DNA of 64,000 bases from Trichosphaerium sp. ATCC 40318 (GCA_038496445.1 JALMLS010000303.1:1-64000), one strand, 5' to 3'; positions 39,390 to 54,936 are shown, numbered from the stretch's first letter. Notes: generated by a model not told the origin, from the sequence alone. Numbers and translations: made by a program.

Positions 39390-41686
39390 ATGGTACGAAA
39401 ACATTAACAAACACTACTAGAGAGCCTTTCTTGTTTCTCTTCTCGCTCATTTTTTCTTGTTTTGTTTCTTTTAATCAAACCTGACTTCTAGACTTCTTCG
39501 TGGACGCTTTTATTTCTCATCGCAATCACTCCCTGCGCATACGCGTGTTGTACGTCCCTTACAATTTTTTGGGGTTCGTAAAAACAGATCTAACTCGTTT
39601 CCTCTTAGTCCTTGGACTTGCAGGCTCATGTCGTCTGTATATTGGGCAAGAAGACTACAACTTTTTCTCAGATCCAAACTATTCAAAGGGAGACACTTTT
39701 GTAGTAACAGACAGCCTTGTAGAGTTTGAACAAGAATTTACAAGCATGAGTATGCGTTTTTTGGAAGCCACCTCACGCAGCTTTTTTTTTTTTGTGTTTT
39801 TTTCTTCACTTTTTCATTCTTATTTTCTCGTCAAGGTATTGGTATCTTCCTGGACATTGATCCTGATAAAATACGCCTAAACATAGTACCAATAGTCAAC
39901 GCAGCTATACAAAATATTCGGATAAACTGCACCCTAACAAACGGCACTCTATCAAGCACGTGTTAATTTTTCGGGTTTCGGAAAAACTCCAAAGCGGTTT
40001 TTAACACGTGTTGTTAGGTTTCAGAGTTAAAGAACACGATTTTGATGACGTACAAACTGACTTTACACGAAACAGTTTCTCAGTGAATATTCCTCCAACA
40101 GCGCTTGAAAGGGGAAGAAGAGCGTCTGCTGATTTTTCTTGCTCTTCTTGCGAGTATACAAGCGTTTCTAGCGGGTCGTGGACAAACTCGTCTTCATGGG
40201 TTTCAACGGGAACCATTGAAAGCGAAACGGACTATCCAGTAGATAACTGTCGGGCAATAATCGCTGATGGTCACAGCGTTTCATTCGCAAACGAAGCAGA
40301 GAAAGTTGATCGTAATATGTACATTGATAGCATAATTGTGGACTCAAACGGTGAGCTCACAGTCGGAAATACAGCACAAGAACATCTATTGCGTGTATAC
40401 GACCTCCTTGTATCTTCCTCTGGATCCATTGTACAATTACATGAGGTACAAGACCAAGAGTTGTAGAAGTGAACTAATCAATGATATCAAGGGTTTGGTT
40501 ATGGCTCATACAGTCGTGAATCATGGCACTTATGACGCATCTTCTGCCTCTAACCCTAGAGGTGGTCTGTATGTAACAGAATCGATTGAAAATGAGGGAG
40601 TTTGGCAAGTTGGATACCTCACCCTTGAAGCAAGAGAAGAAGTTTTCATTTCAGGTTTGCAGCTTCTTCTTTTTTTCTCATCACTAAAACATGATTAGGT
40701 TCTTTGGATTGTTGTGTTGGATGTGTTAGTTCGACTACTGTTATGAGAGCAGGGAATTATAGAATAGCTGAAGGGAGCAGTGTCTGCGCTTATGAACTTC
40801 GTTTGCCTGAAGCAAATACGATCAACTTTAGTTTCGAAGATGAGTCTGACCCAGAATTAATCATATATGCCTTGGATATCCTAGTAGAACCTTGGGGAAT
40901 AGGCCAAACTATTATCAATACAGGTTGTGGTAATATAAGATTAGAACCAGCTACTATCGGACAATCAACATTGAGATACAATGCAGGAGAAGACTTTTTA
41001 CAAAATGCTCTAGTGTGGCATACAGAAAAGTACGTTTCAAAAAAAACCCACTGCTGAAGTGCTTGTAAACTTTCAAGGTTAAGGAACCTCCTTTGAAATA
41101 CCTGTTTTTGTTTTTATCTTAATATCTTGTTAATTCTTCTTCGTAGTTTGGAGCTTAGCTCTGACCTTGTACTTGCTTTAATGGATACAAACAGAGATGG
41201 ATGGTTCGTTGTACAAGGGACTTATACATATGGTAACAACACCATAACAGAAAACGGAGAAGGTGTGATAATAGGCGGAGAAGATGGAAGGCTGATAGTA
41301 GACAACAGCCAATTTACAGTCAGGCATTGCTAAAGAAAAGTAAAAATGTCAATTTTTTGTGTAGTAATAAAGTACAGTTCGTCTTAGATTGTGACCTGAT
41401 TATGTTTACAACTTTCTATGGTCTAGTACCTGAACAAGCACTTGCAAAATTCTGAGAATATAAAAGCCAGTGATGGTATTTCAGAATTTGGCTTCATTGC
41501 CACCAAAACTGTTAACTGGATGCAGACATACTAAACCTCTTATGTCGAAGTTGCTATAATGAAGAGCTCCTTCAAGCAAGGATACACACAACATATCTTC
41601 CAGTCTTTACCTGGAAACTACTAGACTTTGACTCAGGCCAGCGAAGTTTAACATCACAATTATGTTGTTCTAACTGGCGGTCCTAA
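39390..41686 (+). CDS. Secreted beta-rich protein of unknown function; multi-exon
   Basis: ATG-only first exon, then TSSWTLLFLIAITPCAY signal-like segment; long open exons 40018-41029 joined by GT-AG introns. Confidence 0.6.
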
Positions 41687-41775
41687 AATAGTCTACACCA
41701 ACTGCTTGACTAATCAATAAAGGTTTTTATTTTAATGTTTGTTTTTGTCACGTGACAAACGATTGTTACAAAAAA

Positions 41776-43963
<2,188 letters not shown>

Positions 43964-44071
43964 GGTGTTATAAATGCAGATGGGGAAAGCTAATAGGAAT
44001 TCACACCAGACTTAAACAACGCACAACTTAATTGGGCGCGCTTTACTTTCTTTCGCTTGTTTTTTGCTTAA

Positions 44072-45880
44072 ATGGCTAAAGGCGAACTTCTGTGGTTCGT
44101 ATTGATTGTATTGGTAGTATCTGCGCTTACATCAGACACCTTCTGTCCAACCGCACCTGCTGTACCGGAGGACAGGCGTAGTGATGCAACGAAGCTTCGA
44201 GTGGTACATTTTTTGCACCTGGCATGCTAAATTGCTAATTTACATTTAAAACGAACGATAATAGATTAAACCGCTCGAACATAACGAACTAATGCGTACT
44301 AGGTGGAATTCAATGTTGAGTTTTTGTTTCTGAAAGAAACAGGCGTAGATGGTACGAAACCGCTTCATCCGCATCAAAACTTATGATAACGTCATATGGC
44401 GATGCGTTTAACATATAACAATGCTAACGCCTAAACAGACTTTGACAGATGTCCAGCTGATCCTAAAGACTTGTGTCAGTGGCTTACTCCTGAAGATGCT
44501 CAAAATCACTTGGATACAGTAGCAGCTGTAATAAAAGATCTTGATGCAGATGTCATAGTTTTGGTACAACAGAAACCACTTTCTTGCTTTTTCCAGATTA
44601 ATCATTATCTGAACGATATCTAACGTTGTGTGTATTAGGTAGAGCTAGAAGACTGTTATGTGCTACAACAACTCATTGATAAGATCGGAGATAGCACCTA
44701 TAAGGGCTACGTTGTTAAAGTACGGTAACCTTTTTGTTGAAGTTGATTTTTTTTGTTGGTATTTATCACTTTGTAAGGGTCGTGACTTTGTAACACGTCA
44801 AAATGTTGGGCTATTGACTAGAATCGATCCATCCATAGATATGCAACGCACTGAAGATAGAGCGGATTTTCCTGTTGCAAACTCAATGTGTGGGTACGCG
44901 AAACTCTTAAGCTCCTCCGTGTTGTTTTTTTTTGAATTGTTGCTTTGTTCCTACCTGACACGTGTTTTTTTTTTCAGATCTGATGATACAGGAACAAAGA
45001 GTGTTACGAAGCATTTCTATACCCGATTATGCTTTTCTGATAGATGTGTCTTTCTAGTTGGGATACACTTCTTGGTACGTTTGAAGCAACTCTTAGTGAA
45101 ACTGACTGGTCTCCAGGCATTTCCAACAAACAAAGATAGATGTGTGGAACGTGAAGCTCAAGCTACCGTTATTAAAAACCTTGTACAGAGTGCTAATAGT
45201 ACAGATGAGGTTAGTGTTGTTTATTCTTAATGTAGCAACAACGTTTTCACACAAGAGCTAGGTTATCGTATTAGGAGATTTCAACGACTTTTCAGACTTA
45301 ATAGAAGATACAGCATCAAGCACACCAATATCTCAGGCAATAATCAACACCTTAAATCTATTGTTTTACCTGTTCACAGTATTTTTTTGAAAAGAGCAAT
45401 AAGAGTTGATTGTTTACAACTAGGTGCTAAAGATAATACGGAGCTCAAGGTCCCCTGAATTATATAACGTACTAAGAGAGTTCCCTGGCCCAAAGGAAGA
45501 TATCTTTTCTTCTGGGTACGTCATGCAATCATTCTTTTTGCATCTTCCCTTTTAATCACTTTTTATATAGGTTCAGTTACGGATCAGACTGTATTGCTAA
45601 CAAGTACTCATTGATTGATCATATGCTGGTTTCGGAAGGTCTTAAAAATTCTCTTGTTAGTGTTGACATTATAAATCAGGAGTATAACAGTACGTACTTG
45701 TTTCATGCTCAACTTCCCAACACAGTTTGACACTAACTTTTTTTGAATGTAGTCAGCAATTGTGGATTTTTTCCAGATCATGTCCCTATAATAGCTGATT
45801 TTGAATTTGAGTCAATAGCCTCAATTCACAATTTCTTATTCAGTGTATTATTTATTTTATGGATATTTTGTAACTTGTAA
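44072..45880 (+). CDS. Secreted or surface endonuclease/exonuclease/phosphatase (EEP) family protein; multi-exon
   Basis: Signal peptide; FNVEFLF, DLDADVI..E, VIVLGDFND, LIDHML, PDH motifs; hydrophobic C-terminus (GPI-like). Confidence 0.85.
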
Positions 45881-46647
45881 TCCGTAATAAACTATTTAAG
45901 CGAAAAAAAAGAAGAACTGAACCATCATTAGCCATCAACAATGTGTACCTATCAAGCACACCATATGTAAAGAGCAAATAGGTAATTTAGATATCAACAA
46001 GAACAATACCCAAGCTAAACGCCCACACGGTGCCTATATTTTACCAGGTGTGCATGTAAAAACTACTAACAAAACATGTCAATGACCAAGTAGCGAACAT
46101 AAAAGTACAATGGCAACAGAAATAAAAACGTTTCGTAACATTTCTCCGACCACCAAGCAGTGTATGCTATGACTCACATTTTAGGGCTGGGGTTTGCACT
46201 ACTATGCAGCGTTGAGAAAACAAAATTAAACAATCAACCAAAGCTGTGTTGCAAGAAGTGTTGCCAGTAAAGACATCCTTTGAATGAACCAGGAATCGCT
46301 TGAACTTGCTCCATAGGAGAAACAACCTTTCCAGTGCACCAATTCGCTGTGCTAAAACAGTACGTATCACTACAACACTAATAAATCGCTTCCTGTGGCT
46401 TAGGATCTCATACGTGCATGAAAAATAAGCAATAACATAAATAGTCAAAATACCTTGATGTTCCTGGAGTCTTTACAAGCACGTGATCATGATAAAAACG
46501 ACTTTTCCTGTTTTAGATGTAACACGCAATTTTGGTTAATACCTATAAGGTAATAAACAACAGCACACTGTGAAGAAATTTTATGTCATTTAACTCGATT
46601 ATTTTATGGTATTAGAATTTGCTATCATTTATTGTTCTCAAGGTTGG

Positions 46648-48104
46648 TTAAAAAACGAATGGTATACATTCACCAATGCGGCGAGGACATGTTGATGATG
46701 ATATAGGAGGACATGTTTCATCTTCACAATTGATTACATCAAAAACAGAAGGGTTTGCACGAGAACAGCAACTAGAAAGAAGCAGAATCAGAAAGTAAAC
46801 TCTAGCAATATCTGTTTGTACCTGTCGTCATCCCCACCACCACTTATTCGTGCATTAGTTACAGGCAATAGGTGAGTGAGGCTTTCAACAAGAATTCTAT
46901 CGGCTCCATCGCCGCCATTGACAACATTCCGAATTACAGGGAATACTAGAGTGAGTGTAAATCTTGGAATAATCAACTTTTTTTTGCACCTATTGCCACT
47001 TCTGTCACAACCATTACATCATCACCATCTCCTCCATCCATGTATGTCATTTGCGAACAACTGGCATATAAATGATCATTCCCATCGCCCCCTTAGCATG
47101 ATAAGATGAAATGTAGGTTGATAGCCCACTAACAAAAAAACAAAGCAAAAAAATACCCGAAATAGCGGCTACACGACTGGTTTGGACATCAATACAATCA
47201 TCATCACCTCCTCCATTAACATCACCTGTAAATGTTTGAACGCCTTCAAATGGAGTCAATCTAATACAATCATTCCCATCTCGTCCATTTATTAAAGTCC
47301 TAAAAAGAATGAACAAAAACAAATCAACTTTACTGTTTTTCTTACGGTGGTGTGAATCCTCGTTTACCACCAACAATTTCTTCAGTGCTCCCTTGAAGTA
47401 TTACATCATCGTTTCCACTTCCTCCTTCAATTTCCATAGCATTCGCTGTAGTCACTCTTATACAATCATTAGCATCTCCTATGCAAGCCAATGTAAATAG
47501 TTTACATCACTAAGTTTTATTTACCTGCATCTATAATCCCAGCCATTGCTCCGTCTGTTATGAGAATACAGTCATCTCCATCTCCACCATTGATTTCTTC
47601 TACATTTGTATTTGAATCTCTTACAAGGATGCAATCATTGTTATCTGTTCCACGAATCTCTCCCGTTACATCTGATTCTACAATCACGCAATTGCTACCA
47701 ATATCACCAAGGTCCACTAGCAAATTAGTAAGTGAACTCATAAATGAGCAGTGGTAAGTTGGAGATACACTTGCAGTATAAAGGACAATTTCAATATCAC
47801 GTGACGGAAACGTAGTCACAAAAGAGAAAAAACATGATTTTCAGTAGATACAAGAAAAATTGGACAAAGAACATACCATCACCATTGCCATCTGCGGTTA
47901 CAGTCACACAATTATCACTTTCAAAATCGCAAGCACCACAAGCATTACATTCGCAGTCGCATCCACGGACTTGAGGTAAAGGTGGTTGAGCGTGGTACAT
48001 GCTTAGAACTAACAATTGAGTTAGGGTTATCATTATTTACTGTAAAATAATTGCTCAATACATATTGTAATCCATAGAATACAAATCACGTTTATTGTCT
48101 TCAT
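46648..48104 (-). CDS. Secreted Cys-rich protein with RTX-like (GGxGxD) Ca-binding repeats; multi-exon
   Basis: INGGDGDDCI, INGRDGNDCI, VNGGGDDDCI, VNGGDGADRI, ISGGGDDD; hydrophobic N-terminus. Confidence 0.75.
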
Positions 48105-48368
48105 CTTTGCTTCAGCTGTTGTAATGTTTGTCGTGCGATTTTATGATCTCTGAAATTTATTGATTGTGAATCCAAACCCGCGAGTTTTTTGTAGGCTTGT
48201 GTTCTAACCTTACATTTTTACTGGAGGGAGCGTTTACTGTTGTTTTATTTACTACTGAAGATTTCATAGTTTATCCGCTAATAATTATTTCCCCGATAGA
48301 TGAGTACGTTGATAACTTTACTACGAGATGGGTTTTTTTACTGTTTCAAGCGCTCATGTGTTACAAAC

Positions 48369-48848
48369 TAAATCAAGCTTTAAAAAACACGGGCTTGCCT
48401 ATCAAACGCGAACAGAGCTCTATATTCGATTGCATTCGCTGCCGAACTTCTTTTTTGGTAACAAGAAGCTGGCAAAAGAAGCTACTGGTTGAATTGCAGT
48501 TGTAAACATGTTTTGGGAAAAAGTGTCGTTTGATGTTTGAGCCATGTGCCAGGGTACATAGTGCTGGTCACTACAATCTAGACGTACTAAAACAGCCTCT
48601 GTGACTATCTTCAGTGTTTACCAGCATAGCTTTGTACTACATTAGGCGAAACGGCGCCTATTATATTTCCGTCGAAGAGATCCTATTGGGGTCCTTTTGT
48701 AGTGATGGCAAACAACCAACAGGAACAATTTTTTGTAATTGTAGTTCCTATCAGCGTTGTTGATAAATAGGGTTGAGATGGTACGTATGACATAGAAGAG
48801 TACTTGGTTATTCAACAAAGATATAAAAAATTACAATAAAAACACAGT
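48369..48848 (+). repeat. Inverted repeat arm (partner 50879-51353)
   Basis: About 480 bp of high-identity reverse-complement match, e.g. catagctttgtactacattaggcgaaac / gtttcgcctaatgtagtacaaagctatg. Confidence 0.9.
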
Positions 48849-49223
48849 AAAAACCTGGCTACAAGTACCAAAGAGCCTCCATAGTGTACCCTAAGCAACA
48901 CACTATAAGTGTTACAAAGCCCATGGAAATAACCTGTTTTGTTATGCAGATCCGCGAGTGTGAATATTGCTGTCTTCGTATGGAAGAACATTAAAAGAAA
49001 ATATCACCTCATCTGTAAACAGCACCAATTCATAATCAAATTTTTTCTGGAATAGTAAGAATCACAGGCTGGTGGAACTTATGCTTAATACAATTTTGAC
49101 AGTAACGCTCAGAGTATGTAGCGCTTAATACAATAGAGTAAGACTTGATACAGTTGCCTACACTGATAGAGTGCAATGAACTGTAGTGCTTTTTAAAAGG
49201 CCAACTTGAGGAAGTTTTATTAT

Positions 49224-49957
49224 TTACGAACAAAGAGTAAGTTGGTTGGTATCTTCTTCAACTTCAAAGCATTCGTTAATAGGCCAAACTTGTTGATAGG
49301 CTTTATCGTTACACGTGTAGGTTTCATCTGAAAACGTGACCATTATTGCCTGTTTTAAATATGAGGTTCATTAGCATGTATTATTATTCTGTATTACCTT
49401 ATTTTGATCACATGCAAAGATATTACTCTGATCCCAATTCGTGCACTTGCCGGTTGGAAAAGATACTGTTTGTCTCTCTTTTGAGCATGTTGAATCGTCG
49501 TATAGCTGTAGCTTTACCTGTTTTCCACTAGCAGGGAGAGGTGTGTAGTCTTCAAAAAGTGTAAGCACCAAAAAAACGATCGCGGTTAACTATGCAAAGT
49601 CACGTGAGCTCTTACCTGGCGCTGTAGTATATTTGCTCCAAATGCCATCTGTAGGAACGCAAGTGTCTATAAATATTGTAGAGTTCATGTAGCTGGTTCT
49701 ACAGTCACCACCACTAGGAGTATACGATGTTTCAATAATTTTATCCTGATAATTATTAAAAATACTGTTTACATAAGTGTACCTACGTTATCAATTGAGT
49801 ACATCACGCCAAATACACAAATACCAGTTTTTATCTCTGTGTAGGAAGGATTTGGCACTGTACAAGCACTATCCTGGTAGTTTTGTTGTATTACAACAGT
49901 AGACAAAGAGGTGGCAAGGAATACAAAGAGTATGGTCACAATAGGGAGAAGTGTCAT
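49224..49957 (-). CDS. Small secreted Cys-rich protein, copy 1; 4 exons
   Basis: MTLLPIVTILFVFLATSLS signal; YQDSACT..TGIC and YDDSTCS..TGKC internal repeats; paralog at 58882-59608. Confidence 0.8.
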
Positions 49958-50046
49958 TGTCCTCGTAGAAAGATTTTTGATGTTTAGTTTCTAAGCAACG
50001 TGGTTCTCTAAATTGTAAGAAAGAATATCCGAGGTTGATGGCTTAA

Positions 50047-50562
50047 GGGTGCGCTCTGAGCAAAAAAACAAAAAATTTAAATTTGATCGTTTGCACCTCA
50101 GAGTGCCGGAATAATTTTTCTTATATTTTTGAAGCATACACATTGCACTTATTGGTTTACTTGCGGATGGGTGTTAGTTCAAATCCGCATGTAAACCAGA
50201 AAAGTGTTGCTGAAATTTTAACAATTTTACTACGGCATCCTACGGTGCCCATACTTTTGTCACATGGCCGCCACATTATATAAATGCGTCAGCAGCAGTG
50301 ATAAGGTGGAGAAAGATGGAGATTCTGAGAAATCACCAAAAAACTGCCTTTTTTGCCAATTTTTATCATAAAATCACTTTTGTTTTTGCAACTATACAAA
50401 CTCTACACCACTTGAATGTGGAGAATATATATACAATAAAACGTTTTCACTTCCAAAATGTTTTTTGGCAGGCTTAGCTGGCCACTAGAGCTAAATTACA
50501 AAAAAAAACCCAAAATTGTGGCGAATTTTAGTGAATTTTCTGATCGAGCACAGAGCGCACCC
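50047..50562. mobile_element. TTAA-flanked MITE (Kolobok-like termini)
   Basis: TTAA|GGGTGCGCTCTGAGC ... GCACAGAGCGCACCC|TTAA, a 14/15 TIR match. Homology to the paralogous upstream region (59610-59680) stops at the left TTAA. Confidence 0.8.
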
Positions 50563-50878
50563 TTAACCTTTTGAAGATGTGGAACATTTCAAGCGTTTGG
50601 TTGGACTGAACAAGACTGTCAATATAGAAGGATACAATAGGCAACAACAACAATGGCGAGTAGCAATCAAAACATCCCCTCACCCTCCCTAAAATCCTTG
50701 TTCTTTTTTGTGTAAAAAATTTTTTCTTTATTTTTTCCTTCAAACACATTTGCAATCTCACGAGTGTTCTTAAATGTAGAAAAAAATTCTCTCATGTGGC
50801 TACGCTAGAGCCGCCAAAGACTGAGTGTCTTTCCTCCAAGCGCGTCTCCCTTATATTCACAATGTTGGCCAATCTAAA

Positions 50879-51353
50879 TGTGTTTTTGTTATAATTTTTT
50901 GTATCTTTTTTAATAACCAAGTACTCTTCTATGTCATACGTAGCATCTCAACCCTATTTATCAATAACGCTGACAGGAACTGCAATTACAAACATTGTCC
51001 CTGTTGGTTGTTTGCCATCACTACAAAAGGCCGCCAACAGGATCTCTTCGACTGAAATATAATAGGCGTCGTTTCGCCTAATGTAGTACAAAGCTATGTT
51101 TGTAAACACTTGAAGATAGTCACAGAGGCTGTTGAAGTACGTCTAGATTGTAGTGATCAAAGGCACTATGTACCCTGGCACATGGCTCAAACATCAAACG
51201 ACACTTTTTCCCAAAACATGTTTACAAACCACTAGCTTTCTTTTATCAGCTTCTTGTTACCAAAAAAGAAGTTTGGCAGCGAATGCAATCGAATATAGAG
51301 CTCTGTTTGCGTTTGATCGGGCAAGCCGGCGTTTTTGTAAAGCTTGGATTTAA
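50879..51353 (-). repeat. Inverted repeat arm (partner 48369-48848)
   Basis: Reverse complement of 48369-48848. Confidence 0.9.
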
Positions 51354-51764
51354 CCTACAGAAAAACTTGCGAAGGTTGAAACGGTTGATATGTTCTCTCT
51401 ATGAGCGTTCATTTTACAAAGGGTATGTTGTTGTGCAAGAGACATTGACAAGAATTATATGTACCTACTGTACTTGTATTAATTTTTGGTGTCTGTATTC
51501 AGCTTTAAACACAGTAAGGTAAAAGTGTTGTTAAAAAAAAGCTGTTTCAAATGTAGTAGTCATTGTACACTTTTGGATAGCTACATTGTACGTTATTGCG
51601 TTAATTGAGCTTTGATCATTTGTGACACTTTTATTTGATCATTTGTACTTTGGTATTTCATGAGGTTTTAATGAATCTTATAATGATTCTAAGGTTTTCT
51701 TACGACATATTTTTTACGAGCGTCAAGTGGCTTTTTTCAAAAATTACAACTTGCAGTACAAGAG

Positions 51765-52236
51765 GCATACCACTGCTAATATAGCCAAAAGACTTTAGCC
51801 ATCCACTATAAGTAGAAACACCGTTTCGTATTAGCCTTTTAATACCCGAATGATTCGGGTACCCATTTTTGGTTTTTGGGATATTTTCCCAGGCTGATAT
51901 TGAATCACATTGATAAAACCCTGGAATGTTAGGTTGGTATTCTGCCTTTTCCTAATCCTCTCTGTATGGAAAATTATATAAAATACTCATATATTTGTGG
52001 GTAATTAGGAATAATAAAGCAAAAACGTGTCACGGAAAGGTATTTCGCCGATGAGGAATCATTCGGGGTTTCGGGCAAATAACTTTTGGATAGGCGAGGT
52101 ATTGTTAAAAAAAGGCTGAGTGTTATTGTACAGTTAACCAAGTCAATTACCAAACTCGGGTATTCTTGTCTTAAAAATTTAGAGAAATGTTCTTTGAACT
52201 AAACATCAAAACTACAAAGAATGACTTCTCCATCTT
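51765..52236 (+). repeat. Inverted copy of the upstream region and start of the secreted gene at 59595-60015
   Basis: E.g. gaataataaagcaaaaacgtgtcacggaaaggtatttcgccgatgagg is reverse-complemented at ~59772-59819; the copy ends in atgacttctcc. Confidence 0.85.
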
Positions 52237-52262
52237 AAGATGAACAGTGTTAAAGAGAGTAT

Positions 52263-52410
52263 GTTATCAATTGAGTACATCCCACCGAAAACACAAATAC
52301 CAGTTTCTACCTAGATGAAAGATGGACCTTCGTGTAGGCACTTTGCAAGAACTTTCCTGTAGTTTTGTTGTATTGCAACAGTAGACAAAGAGGTGGCAAG
52401 GAATACAAAG
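52263..52410 (-). pseudogene. Fragment of exon 1 of the small secreted Cys-rich family
   Basis: Matches 49787-49929 (FVFLATSLSTVAIQQNY...TGICVFGGMYSIDN) with indels and a stop. Confidence 0.75.
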
Positions 52411-52539
52411 TCAACACATATAAACAGCATGCTGGCGTACAAATGTCTATCACAACCATGCAATAAACCGTTGGATTTCACTTTATGACATTGTACAGAT
52501 TCTGATTGTACTATTTGCGTATTGTGATGCTGTTATTCA

Positions 52540-54575
52540 AAATATTACATTTTATTAAGCACAAGTTACACCAGCCATGAAAGCTCTGGTACTGGATTTA
52601 CAAATGGAAATAAAGAGGGTGGGTTTGCAGGCGAAAATTGTACAGAGCCTGGATCACAATTAGGTATTTGGCTGAACTGTAGATGATTTGTTGGAAGTGT
52701 GTACTGTTCTTGTGGTAATTCTGTTCTTATTTCTCGATAACCTACAGCATCGCATCGTTTTTGCTTAAGTCTTAACGACCTTCTGGATTTATTAAATCCA
52801 TGAGCATTTGCCAAAGCCTAGAGGTATTCTTACAAACTGATCACGTGATTGTATATTTAGTTTCAGGTAGGAAAACGTACCTCCAATAAAGGCAACACTG
52901 CTCTTACATATTCTGTTCTTCTTGTACCAATACACCACGCTATTTTATCAGGTCTTAGTCCCCACTGAAACAAAGCTCTCAAGGCCAACCAAGTCTCTCT
53001 TGTAGAAAACGGACCATGACATTTAGGCAAAGGAACTCCATTTAGGTCCAGAGACATCATTGCTTTGTCATGCTACATCGAAAAAGTTAATACGGTAGCT
53101 GTGAACATTGTATGTTACCTCATCTACCACTTGAGGTTTAAATATTCCGACAGAAGCGAGTTTGAAGCAGTTTACCTTTCCTAGAGACCCAATCCATTAC
53201 ACAAAGGAGTTGGAGGCTAAATAAGCTTGTTTGTACCTTTGTATTTTACTTTTTGGTAATGAGTTCTGACTTGTGACGGGCTTCGTGTACGCATCATTTC
53301 AGCAACCTCACATCGCTTAGCAGCGTATTGTAGACCATCAAAACCGATTCTCCATTCACGTGGCCTCCATTGCCCTTTTAAATACTTGTATGATGACGTT
53401 GGTTCATTGTACATTACTGGCGCAGATACAGCCATACGTACAGGGAACGTGGGGTTCTTTAATAGCTGTCAACTGATTTACAAGTGATCAGTTAAAATAC
53501 GTACAGGTTGGGCGCTTGTAAGAGCTGTTGTAACATCATGCCAAGTGGTCATCATTGTGTTGTTCTAAGATTTAAAAAAACGCGCTTTATTTACGCTTTG
53601 GGATACTTTTGGAGAATAGGTTACAATGTGATTCGACCCTAACTATTTCCGCGGAAATAAACACCTTCAAAAGACGTTGTATTGCTGTTACAAGATGTAA
53701 AACGTGTATACCTAAGCGACAAGTTCAATGACGGGAAACAAGGGAGTTTGACAAGCACGTGTGAACACTGTGATTGGAAAAGCATTTTGCACCAAGTGCT
53801 TGTTTAGAAATATATTCTCATAGCTATACCACGTGTCGTTAAATCACGTGGTATTTTTGTTATTAAATAGACAAAATTGATTTCCATGATGTCATTACAA
53901 ATAAAATACGACAACTTGCAGTACGTTTCGTTTTACCAGTGCCAAAAGATTGTCATTACACTCATTTGTTTATGTACCATAGGTGGAGATATTAACGCCT
54001 GTTCGGATTAAAGCGGGGTATTGGGATTTTGGCAAAACCCGAGAGACACTTTGGGTGACACTCGGGGTTTTTGGGCTTTGGGAGAAAGTTGTGGACACTT
54101 TTTGGACAGTTGGGTTTTTTGCTGGGCGTTCCCTTTCTTCTTCTTAGTCTTCTGTGATTACACCCGAAGTATAATGGGCGCTTTAAAAGGCTATTTAATC
54201 ATTTATAAACGTATCTTAATTAGACCTAAGACAAACGTGACCAAGCTCTCTCGAAAAATCTCGCGAGTTTTTTTTTGTTCAAACAGTATGGTAGCGTTTT
54301 CCTGGTCTGGATAGATTTGCAGTAGTCGTGACACAAATTGTATAATGAAGTCATTACCAAAAAAAACCCTTCAAACAATCAAACAGGCTGCCAGTGCCAT
54401 GGGAATGTTGGCTCCAGCGTGTTTACACCTATTTGATCTTTTTTTTTTTGGACATAGCTTACACGTGACCAGTTGGGATTTGCACAAACTTTTCGTCTTC
54501 CATTTTTTCAAGTCGGAAAAGTCGAATGACTTTAGTTAGCTTTTTCGGGTTGAGATGTTGTTCAACAACTTGCTA
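52540..54575 (-). repeat. Inverted segmental duplication arm (partner 60850-62960)
   Basis: Myb-like gene nearly identical; upstream ~1 kb is patchily homologous, e.g. 54486-54557 vs 60869-60940. Confidence 0.85.
52566..53555 (-). CDS. Divergent Myb/SANT (SHAQKYF-like) protein, copy 1; multi-exon
   Basis: GQWRPREW...VAEMMRTRSPSQVRTHYQK and a second Myb-like repeat GPFSTRE..WG..KIAWCIGTR. Confidence 0.75.
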
Positions 54576-54936
54576 TAATCTGCTGCTGTTAAAGTGTTTA
54601 TTGCATTTTGTTCATTGCGTGGAGCGATGAGTTTCGGTGGTGTTATTAACATGTTTTGTACTGATATTTTATCCATGCACTTAATTTAGTATTATCTAGC
54701 TGGTTTTTTATAAAAGCAAAAAAAACATGTAATGAGGTTGTATTCATTTTATTGAACACAATAAACAGCTTCAAGTCACATAAATATATCTGGTGTACCG
54801 GAAACTGCGGACTGTGAACACCTGAGATAGTCTTGTCTGATAATAGATATTAGAAACGTCTAGGTAACACTCAATAATCACTTCCTGGCAAGTACAACAT
54901 AAAACTAAATATATTTTCTTATCACTAGAGATCCTA

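Noticed and set aside
40440-40495. Apparent frameshift or stop readthrough between overlapping ORFs
   Set aside because: Explained by a short GT-AG intron (~40446-40491); no evidence for a variant genetic code.
48197-48505. ORFs within the inverted arms (also 50825-51522)
   Set aside because: Frames are not conserved between the two arms; likely non-coding.
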